The position numbers and the translations under genes were made by a program. Positions 12,666 through 23,599 of a stretch of DNA of 64,000 nucleotides are shown here, one piece after another. The notes beneath the pieces are model-generated. The model saw nothing but the letters and a program-made list of their open reading frames with translations. It ran no database searches and was not told where the DNA came from. The stretch covers positions 6,944,001 to 7,008,000 of the forward strand of contig JBHGNT010000022.1 of assembly GCA_043228905.1 (NCBI GenBank). The letters are read 5' to 3'. Numbering within the stretch: position 1 is the stretch's first letter; each line of letters starts with the position of its first letter. Source of the DNA: Azolla caroliniana (taxonomy: Eukaryota > Plantae > Polypodiophyta).

Positions 12666-13762
12666 TGTCGTGAAGATCCGTCACTAAGTGCGGATCGTGA
12701 TGCGGAACCACCGGGGTCCTGGACCGGAAGGATTCGAAGTTTGCACTAACTTTAGCGAGAAAGTATTTAAGATAGATTGAGAGAGATTGATATGATGAAA
12801 GAGAGATATTGAGATAAAGATTGAAATTTTAACTTTTAGATTTAAGAGAGAAGATACATCAACAATAGGATTAGAAGTCTCTTATTTTTCCCAAATTTTT
12901 CATTTGTTTGATTCCTCCACTCTTTTATAGATGTCCCCATGCATATGGTGCATGTGAGGGTGTAAGACATGCACATAATGCATGCTTGCTATGTCATCAT
13001 CTAAGCTCTCATGTATGAGAATTTACATGTAAAAGCATAATGATAAAAATATACCTTTTAAGGAAATGAGTTAGCTTAGTGGTAAGTATATTGCTTCCTA
13101 TCTTGGAGGTGTAAGGTTCAATCCTTGCTCACATCCCTTTTAAAACACAAAATACTACTAGGCTTTTGGTCTTGTATTTACAGCAAAAATCTTCAAAACA
13201 CCATGCACCGCGATCAACCGACTGATTCGTCTGTCCGGTCCTGTCTGTCCCGACCGGTTCAATCTGATCCCGATCTGATCCTCTTCGTCACCATCCGGTC
13301 CTGGTCTCGGTCGCCGGTTGCCGTCTCGTCGCCTCCGTCCGGTCGCCGTTGGCCAAAACCTTTACAAGTAGTTAGGCCACACCCATTCATCTAGTTAGTT
13401 TAGCTCAAGTCACCTTGAACATTCTATGATCCACTCATAAACACAAAGTAATAGATTTTGACCCTGCTTATATACTCTGGGATCCTTATTTGTCCTTTCT
13501 ATGTGGGATAGCTCGTAGTTTTGTTTTTTCTCTTCTTCTTCACAAACTTCATACCCACATAACTTGCCACTTAGTGGTCCGTTTCTTATGTGGTAAAGTG
13601 TATTCGAAAGCTCTTGAAAACCTCCATCTTTTTGTACCAAGATATTAAGATAGTATAAAATAATATCTTCAATATTATTGTTTTATATTGTATGTGAAGA
13701 ACCACACTCGATTTTGTACATTCCATACAATTTTCTCACCGTTGCCGAAAATCTTCATGACA
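12666..13762 (-). mobile_element. Gypsy-type solo LTR (1.1 kb) containing a tRNA-like cassette
   Basis: 12-bp terminal inverted repeat TGTCGTGAAGAT/ATCTTCATGACA. Flanks CCGG/TCGG. The minus-strand end resembles the U5 end of LTR 352-1005. Minus-strand CTATAAAAG at ~12922-12930. Confidence 0.75.
13066..13135 (+). ncRNA. tRNA-like (Pol III A/B-box) cassette, not a functional tRNA
   Basis: TAGCTTAGTGGTAAG (A box with D-stem GCTT/AAGT) ... GGTTCAATCC (B box, stem GTAAG/CTTGC), followed by a T run. Confidence 0.6.
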
Positions 13763-14284
13763 TCGGAGAGAAGGAAACAACTGAAGCCGGGGGAGGCAAG
13801 AAGAAAACGAAAGCCGAGTCGATTGAAGAAGTTGGCACATCCAATAAAGTTGGAACAAGTGGTGATGACGGCAGAGTCCAAAAGGATAGAGCCGATTGGT
13901 ATGAGAAGGCCAAGACTCGGACTTGGTCTGACGTGGTGATGGGCCTGAAGGTTGAAGAAGAATTGGAGATAACCAACTCAGACAAGAGCTGGAACGAATC
14001 GGAGGCAAACAATTATGAAGAGGAGTTCGATTCAGAGGAGCCGAATCAATAGAAGGCCAAGCGGACGAGGAAACTACGAAAGTCGATACCAACATGGAGG
14101 GACAGACAGGTCGAGGAGCACCGAAGTCGCAACAACAAAGGAGCTAAGAAGGGTCTTATGAGCAAACAAGTCGACTGAGAAGGTCGAGGTGAGCGGTACC
14201 AGACGGGTCGTTGGAAGCAGAACCGGACAGGTCAAGGAGCGCGAGCAAGGTGGGAAAATACTAGGAGGAGCTGGAGGAAAGGAG

Positions 14285-15345
14285 CCGGTTCAGTCCGGCT
14301 TGGAACAAATGGCTGAGTCGGCCTTGCCATAAGTTCGAATCCGGTAATTCAACTACATTCACTATGCCCTCTGGATTGGTAACCATAAGTGGATACAAGT
14401 TGTTGTACTTGTATCCGCATCGGATTTTCATGATTCCTCGACCAATCATCCATGAAGACTCACGAAGAGTTGTTCGATACCCGGTTTCGGCTAGCATGCT
14501 GATGGAGACCAAATTCCTTCTTAGCTCGGGTATGTGCCGGACTTGGTCTAGGTGATTGAATTGTCATTCGAGAATTGAATGGGGACCTCACCAATCCCCG
14601 CGATTATGCACTCCTGCACGTTGCCAAGTCGGACTATGTCATCGGAGTCCAACAACCACATTCGTGCATATTGCGCGTTGTAGAGGACTTGGTTGACACT
14701 AGGAGAACAAATCAAATCGGATTGTCCTTGTGTTCGATTGAATCACTGACCATTCTCCTTTCTTTTTATTGACCAATAGTGAGAAATGTTGTGGTTGACC
14801 TTTCTACAATGTGTGCAACATGCATTCGCCTGACCATTCCTTGATTTTGACCTTTTCCGATCATCCCTCCTCTTTGGCCGATTCTTTCAGTTGGCTCGTT
14901 TGAGTGGTGAGCTTTTGCCGAATCTTCGAAGGTGAGATTCATCGATCGTCGTCGAATGTCTTCCGATAGGATTTGTCCGACCGTTTTGTCCAAATTGAGA
15001 TTTAGACATCTGTTGGCAAACGTCGTACAGACGACCTCCTAGCTCTCTAGAAAGCTCGAAAGGAGGGCAAGGGCCTTAATTTCTTCTTCAAAGTTAATCC
15101 CTTAGGAGGAGAGTTTGGACAACACCCGACTGAAGGTGTTGATGTGGGATGTTGCCAGATCCGACCCTCTCATCTTCATATTGAACAATTGTTTGATCAA
15201 TATGAGTTTCGACTTGTAACTTCTCCCACATGGAGAATGCCGCTGTCTCCTTTGCCATGCTGAAATAGACATTTTTTGTTAGGTGCATCTGTATAGTGGA
15301 GCGTGTGATTTCGTCCATAGATCTCCATTCTTCAGCAAACATCAA
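14285..15345 (-). mobile_element. Copia family B gag-protease fragment
   Basis: Degenerate ORFs (EITRSTIQMHL..VYFSMAKET, DQVRHIPELRRNLVSISML, LWQGRLSHL) are homologous to the + strand element at 15.9-17.2 kb. Confidence 0.8.
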
Positions 15346-15395
15346 TGTTGGCCAAGTGTTGTGTTGGATGGGTTCAACTTGTCTTCAATTATTAG

Positions 15396-15650
15396 TGTTG
15401 GCATAAAAGGCCGACTCCTTCCACTTTGTATCCAAGTGTGAACTCGTCCAAAGAATTAGGACGTAGTATATAAATGATAACCTAACGTTGTAAAGGTGCT
15501 TCACCTTCTTGATCATCTTTTATTGAGCCTCGGAGAGAGAGTGTGAGAATGAATGCAATAACAGAGCTTCCATTAAAGCTTAAACCATGTCTATCTTCTG
15601 TAATATCTTCTTGTCTCCATTCTGTGTAGTTTGCTGAACACATACGAAAG

Positions 15651-15732
<82 letters not shown>

Positions 15733-18700
15733 GTTTATGCGCATATTCCATCAATAACTGGTATCAGAGCAACTTGCGGTTCAACAGCAACAAACAACAG
15801 AAACACCGAAAAGAAGAACAAGAAAAAAATAGGTCAAAAAAATCTTACTTTTGAAGAAGAACATGGCTTCAACATCTCGAACAGGAGTTGAAATCAGAAA
15901 ATTCGACGACAAAACTTTGCCCTATGGAAGGAGATGATGTAGGATGTGTTGATCATCAGAAGACAAGTCAAAGCCATTCGACACAGTGAAAAACCTGCCT
16001 CGATGACAGCCGAAGAATGAACATCTACAGACAAAATCGCACTCTCCACCATCATAATGCATCTGGCCGAAAACGTCTACTTCAGCATGGCAAAAGAGAC
16101 AACAACATTCTCACTATGGGAGAAGCTACAAGCCGTGTACAAGAAAAAGTCCTCATGAAGATGAGAGAGACCGGTCTGCCTACATCTCACATCAACACCT
16201 TCAGCCGGGTGTTGTTAGAACTCTCTTCAAAAGGGATTAACTTGCCCTCCTATCGAGCTTGCCGACAAGTTGGGAGGTATTCTGCACGACATATGCCAAT
16301 AGCTGACCAATCCTAAATCTAGATGAGACGATCGACCAAGTCCTCACTAAGGACATTCGGCGAAAATCGATGGGAATCACCATTGATGAGTCAGCAAAAG
16401 CCCACCACTTGAGTGAGTCGGTCAACCGATTAAATCGATCAGAAGAACAAGCTGACAGAGTCGATTGACACCATCGTTGATCGAAAACGAGGGGAGACCA
16501 ACAGTGGTCGAAGTCGAGAACGAGCTGATCAGGCGAATTCTACACACATTGCAGAAAAGCTAGCCATAATGTTTCTGACTACTAGCCGATCAAGAGGAAA
16601 GAAAGTGGTCGGCGATCCGAGAGAAATCAAGGATGAACCGACTCGGACCACTCTTCGGTCTGCAACCAAATCAACGTTGTCGACACTCGATCTGGAGAAA
16701 TTCTCTCCTTAGAGGATTCAATGATCGAAGAATTCCTCTAGAGTGCACAAGAAGCACACACGTGGTTACTAGATTCTGGTGCCACATTCCACGTGACCCC
16801 CAACATCGAATGGTTTTCAAACTATTCGGCTGACGCCATCGACACAGTTTGACTAGGCAACGGGCAAGAGTGCAGAATAGCAAGAGTTGGAAAAGTACCA
16901 ATTCAACTGCCAAACAATAACACAATAATCATGCACCAAGTTCGACAAGTACCCGATCTGAAAAGGAGTCGGGTCTCCATCAGCATGCAAGCCGAAGACA
17001 GGCATCGAATGACTCTAAGTCAGTCGGTATGGGTGATCAGCAGAGGAAATCTCAAAATAGGTAGCGGGCACAAGTACAATAACTTGTATCCATTAATGGC
17101 GATCAATCCAGAAGGGGTCGTGAACGTAGCTGAAAAGACTGACCCAAAACTATGGCATGGCCAACTTGGCCATATGTCTCAAGCCAGACTCGATCGGCTA
17201 ATGGCGGTGGGCTACATCCGGAAACGTCAAGCAAAGACAGACTTCTACAACTATTGTCGATACGGGAAACAGACCCGAAGTCCGCATTCTCTCCCATATG
17301 AGATGGTACGACAACCCCTAGAGCTCGTGCACACAAATATATATGGGCCCATGCCAGAGCGATCACTAGGAGACTCCTGGTTCATCACTTTTATAGATGA
17401 CTGTACACGGAAGGTTTGGGCCTACTCCATCAAGTCCAAAGACGAAGCACTCAAGGTCTTCACTCAGTGGATATCCGAAGTGGAGAACCGGTCGGGGATC
17501 CGAAGTGGTGAAGACACTCCAATCCAACAACGGAGGTGAGTACACCTCTAGAGTTTTCAAACAATAATTGTTTGAAAAAGGGATCCGACATCAAAAGACC
17601 GTTCCCTACACACCATGCAGAATGGGGTAGCCGAATGGATCAACCGAATCATCCAAGAGAGGGTGACAACAATGTTGCAGCAAGCCGAACTGAAGCTGGA
17701 GTTCTGGGCCGAGGCATTACAGACGACAGTATACCTAGTAAATCTATCACCGTTGAAAGGAATCAGGCTCAAAGTGCGATAGAAACTATGGTCAGACACA
17801 CAACCAGCCTATGATAGGCTCCGTATATTTGAATGCGAAGCCTACGCATTTATCCCCAGGGAGAAAAGGACCAAGTTGGCACCCCATGTGACGAAACTTG
17901 CATATTTCTCGCCTATGGAACCGATGGGGATTTCGGCTATAGGCTATGGGACCTAGAGAATCGGAAACTGATCCAGAGCAGTGATGTAGTCTTCAATGAA
18001 GAATCAATCTTCTCTTAACGGAACCATTAGAAAATAGTTGGTAAAAAGATATCCTTCAAAGCCGACTATATCCGAAAGGTGCTGAAGCGCTTCAACATGG
18101 AGAATGCGAAGCCAACACTAACACCGATTCCGACGTCGATCCGACTATCAGACAGAGACTCTCCTTCAACGGACAAGGAGAGAGAGCTTAATGCAAAGAT
18201 GCCCTACGCATCGGACGTAGGAAGTATCATGACACAATGGTGACGACCTAACCCGACCTAGCCTATGGTGTAGGGGTGGTCAGCCGGTACATGTCAAATC
18301 CATGACGGAAGCATTGGGAAGCCGACAAGCACATGTTCATGTAACTGAGAGCAACCGAAGACACATAGTAGACCTTCGGTTTGACAACCTCAGCCGAAGT
18401 CAAAGGCTACACTGACGCCGACTATGCCAGCAATACGGACAATTGGAAGTCAACATTAGGCTATATTTTCACCTATGGTGGAAGTGCTATATCATGGAGG
18501 TCGAAGCTTTAAGAGTGCACGACCTTGTCGACCACAAAGGCCGAGTACATAGCAAAATCGGAGGCAGCAAAAGAAACGATATGGTTGCATCGACTAACTG
18601 CCGATTTCTTAGCTACAAGACGAAATGACCAACCCGCGTCGACGATTTATTGCGACTCACAGAGTGCAATACACCTTATAATTAATCCTATCTATCATGC

Positions 18701-19103
18701 GAAGAAAAAGCATATTGAGGTGCGATATCATCACATTCGAGAGCTCATAATCGAGAAAAAGCTCGAAGTCCCAAAGATCGACATCGAGGTGAATATCTCT
18801 GATTGCCTGATGAAGCCACTCCCTGATCAACGCTTCGGAACACTAAGGACAAAGATGGGATTGCGACAAGAACTGAGCAGAAGAAGGCCGAACGAGGAGC
18901 AAAAGGTAAGTCGAACCGATCGACTCAGACAAGTCAATCTGACTAACTAGCCGAACCAAGCTAGACATTGAACACATCTCTGCCAACTCAGTCACATGCC
19001 GACTGACTTGTAAATATAAATTTAGATTAATTTTGTAATCTAGGTTTATGGGGGAGATAACCCCAAACACTTGTACATGACGGAAAGAGTAGTCCTTTTA
19101 CAA
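15396..19103 (+). mobile_element. Decayed Ty1/copia family B (Tork/Tnt1-like) element, with most of RT deleted
   Basis: 5' LTR 15396-15753 (TGTTGG...CCATCA). PBS TGGTATCAGAGC at 15759. Gag MASTSRTGVEIRKFD, integrase (LELVHTNIYGPM, FIDDCTRKVW) and RNase H (YCDSQSAIHL, KHIEVRYHHIRE). Confidence 0.88.
15653..15732. repeat. (TC)n(AC)n compound microsatellite inside an LTR
   Basis: Directly visible dinucleotide runs. Confidence 0.95.
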
Positions 19104-19330
19104 TGTCGCGAAAATACGACAAGAATACGTGAACTTGAGGCAGGACCCCGGGGCCTGTGACCAGAGGATATCAAATTCGTATGTTATGTATTAAGAATTA
19201 ACGAAAATCAGAAATATTAATATTTTTCATTACCAAAGGAAAAGAAAGATTACAACCAATCCCAAGATTGGGAATACAGAAGTTTAGATTTAGTGAGATA
19301 TGGGTTGATAAGAAAATTAACATTTTTTTT

Positions 19331-19605
19331 CTTCAATGAGAGATGGATTCGATAAGATAATTAGGATTTTCAGCTTCGATGAGAGATGGATTCGATAAGA
19401 TAATTAGGATTTTCAGATTCGATGAGAGATGGATTCGATAAGATAATTAGGATTTTCAACTTCGATGAGAGATGGATTCGATAAAATAATTAGGATTTTC
19501 AGCTTCGATGAGAGATGGATTTGATAAGATAATTAGGATTCTTGGCTTTGATGAGAGATGGTTTTTATAAGATAATTAGGATTCTTGGCTTCGATGAGAG
19601 ATGAA
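19331..19605. repeat. 43-bp minisatellite, about 6.3 copies
   Basis: Unit GATGAGAGATGGATTCGATAAGATAATTAGGATTTTCAGCTTC. ATGAG recurs at 19336, 19379, 19422, 19465, 19508, 19551 and 19594. Confidence 0.95.
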
Positions 19606-19916
19606 TTCCTTTTTCTTCCCCCCCGAAAAAAAATACTTGCATGAAGGAACTTTAGTTTTTGCCTCTACCTTTCCATTGCATGCGTCCACATGGCATTTAC
19701 TTTAGTTGTATGGCCTCCACATTCAGTTGCATGCGTCCACATGACATTTACTTTAGTGGCATGGTCTCCACACTTAGTTGCATGCGTTCATAAAACGTAA
19801 TATTCGTGTTCGTGCAAGCATTCAAACGTTTGGAAACGTTTGGAAACGAACACGTTTGAAATGGGAAAAATATGTGCTCCTTTTTATTTTCGTTTTTTTC
19901 ATTTACTATCATTACA

Positions 19917-20510
19917 ATTTAGCTCACCCTAGTGGTAAGGAGTCATGCCATTTGTTGTTTGTGTCTTGGGTTCGATTCCCAATTTTCCCATCTCTTTCTC
20001 TCTCTAGCAAAATTTTATGTTAGTGTTATAATAGTTTTTATTCTTTTATTTTTTTAATTATTAGAACTAAGCATAACCTAGTGGTAAGTTGTTGTGCTAC
20101 TATTACTTGTGTCTTGGGTTCAATTCCCAACTTTCTCTCATATTCTCTTGTTACTGTCATGGCAAAATTTTATGTTAGTGTCATGTTCCTTTTTCTTTCT
20201 TTCTTTGTTATTAGAAATTAGCTCACCCAAGTGGTAAGTTGTTATGCTACTACTGCCTATGTCATGGCAAAAATTTATGTTAGTGTCATGTTCCTTTTTC
20301 TTTCTTTCTTTCTTTCTTTCTTTCTTATTTGAAATTAGGTCACCCTAGTGGTAAGTTGTTATACTAGTATTGCCTATGTCATGTTTTCTTCATATTCTCG
20401 AATATACGTTTTATGAGTTTTTGATTTTTTCTTTTTTTCTTTCTTTGTTATTAGACATTAGGTCACCCTCGTGGTAAGTTGTTATGCTACTACTGCCTAT
20501 ATCATGTTTT
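19917..20510 (+). repeat. Tandem array of five tRNA-like A-box/B-box units
   Basis: Heads TTAG(C/G)TCACCCTAGTGGTAAG at about 19919, 20067, 20218, 20335 and 20458. The first two keep the T-arm TTGGG-TTCRATT-CCCAA. Confidence 0.75.
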
Positions 20511-21078
20511 CTTCATATTCTCAAATATACATTTTATGAGTTTTTGAATGTTTGATTATAATTTATAATGACATATTTTGATTCAATCTCTATATTTTTT
20601 GTAAAGTTCTAAAGTGAGGATGATAAAGATGTCTTGATTCACATCCCAAAAGTTTGCATGTGATACAATGCAAATATTGCAACCATACTTATGTTGGTGG
20701 TTCACAATGGATTAGAGTCCACTTATTGGGATTGAGAGTGAATCAATTATTAATATAGACCCTAGTAAATCCAATCCAATCCAACTTTGAGATGATTTAC
20801 CCGTTTGATTGAATCATTCTCGAATGCGAATGCACGTATGATACGTATGCTTCATTCTATGCATGTGTTCACATGACCTTTACTTTAGTTTATTTTACTT
20901 TACTTTAGGTCGTCGCATGATCCGTAATGTTCGGCCTGTGCATGATCCGTCTGTCTCGACCGACGCCCATCCGATCCGGTTTCGTCACTGTCCGGTTCAA
21001 TCATCTGGTTCCGTAAAAAACCATTAGGATTAATTAAGCTTAGTTCTTGCTATTCGTTGCCGTCGGACAACAAGGTCG

Positions 21079-21494
21079 CTTTGATACCACTTGATGGAAA
21101 TTGTTACCTAGTGACACAAGTGGGACAAGTGTGAAACAAACCAAAGGGAGCCGAGCACTAACGGCTGAATAAGGGAAGTCCAACATCAAGGAGGGAGTGG
21201 GTGGAAAGCGCCGAGTAGAATGAAGCTATATATCGGGGAGTAACGAACACAAGGGGGCGCAAAAGAATCTAGAAAACTACGTTAGTATAGACTAAGAGAG
21301 AGTGAGTGAGTGTTCACCAATTATACTCGATGCTTGTATATGTACTTGTATACTAAAGTTAATTGAATATACATGTATGCTTTGTGGGTAATTTCCGTGT
21401 CTCATCTCTATACGCATATCTATACAACGTTTGGTCTGTGTGAGTGTTAGTCGGTCGGCTACCTACAGTCCAAGGGTCAGAGTCACAGTTGACA
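21079..21494. mobile_element. Copia PBS (minus strand) plus an LTR-like segment
   Basis: CTTTGATACCA at 21079-21089 is the reverse complement of a tRNA-iMet PBS. A TGTTA...TTGACA segment (~21102-21494) contains a TATA-like motif. No clean TSD. Confidence 0.45.
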
Positions 21495-22134
21495 ATGTAA
21501 ACAATAGTTGGAAGGTCGGAAGGACAAAGCCAAAATTGAAATATGGAAAGGACGGAAATTAATATAATGAATTTTGCGAAGTATAAAATATAGTAAGTTA
21601 GTTAGGATAGTTTTTTTTCATAACAAAATATGCTTGATTAGTCAAATTCTGCATACATGACGACCTGAATAGGCTAACAACATTACAATGGGTGTAGCCA
21701 TGACAACCTATGAAAACCACAAATACCACAATCTAAGATTATTTCGACCTTGTCACCCAACATTTTTGCCAAAACTTCAAGGCACAAATCTATTACCACT
21801 GTTTGCATAGCATGTAATCAATGCATTCATTGGTGCCCTACCTATTACATCTTTCATAAAATAGTGTGTTACACCTTCAATTTCCAAACTCTACTCTTTT
21901 CTTTGTTGCTTCTGCACCATAACTCCAATGAATCCTCCAAATTTCTTGCACCTCACCAAACTTGGTTCGTAAACATGAACTCCACAATCGATGAACACCA
22001 ATTCCATCGTATTCAACATGTTGTAGTGATATATCTTCTTTCACAATGATTCCTAGATCGATGCTACACCTGAGAGTTCATCATATCCATATGAACCTAC
22101 CATATTAAAATACTAGTTCTCTACTACAATCCAA

Positions 22135-23225
22135 TCTCCTCAGACCCTCATGAAAATTTGCTTCTGCCTCTGCCACCATCTTCACTCATTGTTGTATAAA
22201 CTAAAAATAAATCAATCTTCTTCAAAATATTTCCACATCAACCATCTCACCATTTTCCATCAAATTCCTATATAGACAACAAAGAAAACGAATAAGTTGT
22301 CCTCATCCACTCATGAAATCTTGCTTCAACCCTCGACAACATCCTCACTCATCCTTTCAAAAATAAATTAGCTTCATTTTCCACAACATCCATTATGCCA
22401 TTCATTCCCGAGTCCTGTATATCTCTATTTTCAGCAATTTCCTTTACATACACAAAATAGAATGAATCCACTCTCCTCAAACCCTCATGAAACCTTGATT
22501 CTGCCTCCGCCACCATCGTCACTCATCGTTCTTAAAACTGAAAATAAATAAGTATGCTTCAAAGAAACTTCCACATCAACCATCTCACCATTTTCCATCA
22601 AAATCCTATATAGACAACAAGGAAAACAAATCAGTTGTTCTCATCCACTCATGAAATGCTACTTCAACCCTCTACAACATCCTCACTCATCCTTTCAAAA
22701 TTAAATCAGCTTCATTTTCCACTACAACCATCTTGTCATTCATTGCCCGATTCCTCCACCTACAAAAACCAAAATGATTCTATTGTTCTTATACCGTAAT
22801 GAAAGGATGGTTTAATGCCTAATGAAAAGATTCTTCACCCCCCCACACCATCCTTATCAAATAAAAACATAAGCTTCATTTTACACATCCATCATCTCGT
22901 CAATTAAGACTATAGTAATTTCTTGTATATACACACTCCTCAGACCCTCATGAAAATTTGTTTCTGCCTCCGTCACCATCTTCACTCATCGTTCTAAAAC
23001 TAAAAATAAATAAATCTGCTTCAAAATATTTCCTCATCAACCATCTCACCATTTTCCACCAAATTCCTGTATAGACAACAAACAAAATGAATCAGTTATC
23101 CTCATCCCCTCATGAAATTCTACTTCAACCGTCAACAACATCCTCACTCATTCTTCTAGCAATAAATCATCTTCACTTTCCACATCAACTATCTTGCCAT
23201 TCATCGCTCGTGTCCTGTACCTAAA
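22135..23225. repeat. Higher-order tandem repeat of ~165-bp alternating A/B monomers
   Basis: CTCATGAAA anchors at 22147, 22310, 22484, 22648, 22947 and 23109. A monomers (CAGACCCTCATG) alternate with B monomers (CATCCACTCATG). Confidence 0.85.
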
Positions 23226-23599
23226 AATATGCTACAGCCCCTGACATCATCTTCAATCATTAAAGATAGAAAAACTTCTTCTTTTTTCCCCGTCCACCCT
23301 CTTGTCGATTAACAACAAAGGCCTGTACATAAGAAAAAAGGAAAAAAAAGACAAAATGAGTATACTATTCTATAACTCCCGCCACTATTTTCGCCACCAA
23401 AATCCTTGAATAACCATCTCGCTGAATCCAACAATCTACTTCCACGAACGGAGTAAGTCACCTATGCCTCAACCACCTCCTCCATCTTGAGTTAGAATAG
23501 TTTTGTTGTAGTTCTTGCTGAATAAGTCAAGTGTATTCTTGTTATAGGAACTCTCGAATCACCTATAAAAAGGAACCGAGAACAATGTAATTATATCAG

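Larger units (their letters stand above)
1551..14290 (+). mobile_element. Decayed Ty1/copia family A element (A1), host of nested insertions; 3' LTR missing
   Basis: 5'-truncated LTR ends TTTTACA at 1960. PBS TGGTATGAGAGC at 1961. Gag MDGGMASSLPTEKLDR from ~2056 resumes after 9160. Integrase (LDAKSEKCILVGY), RT ([16 protein letters not shown]) and RNase H (GYTDANWA, TKHIEV) fragments carry stops and frameshifts. Confidence 0.85.
19104..21050 (-). mobile_element. Long gypsy-type LTR (about 1.9 kb or more, one end lost) with internal tandem arrays
   Basis: Starts TGTCGCG on the + strand. The minus-strand end CCTCTGGTCACAGGCCCCGGGGTCCTGCCTC...CGTATTTTCGCGACA matches the end of LTR 352-1005 (CCTCGGACCAAGACCCC..GGTCCCGCCTC...CGTAATAACGCGACA). 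Segment 20910-21040 resembles 13225-13380. Confidence 0.7.

Noticed and set aside
12666-13762. Ginger-like DNA transposon (TGT ends, apparent 4-bp CCGG TSD)
   Set aside because: The inverted repeat is only ~12 bp, and one end matches the gypsy LTR at 352-1005. The TSD is degraded and its length is ambiguous.
19331-20510. CRISPR-like array
   Set aside because: The 43-bp units are contiguous with no unique spacers. The tRNA-like units have homologous inter-unit sequence. The context is eukaryotic and there are no cas genes.
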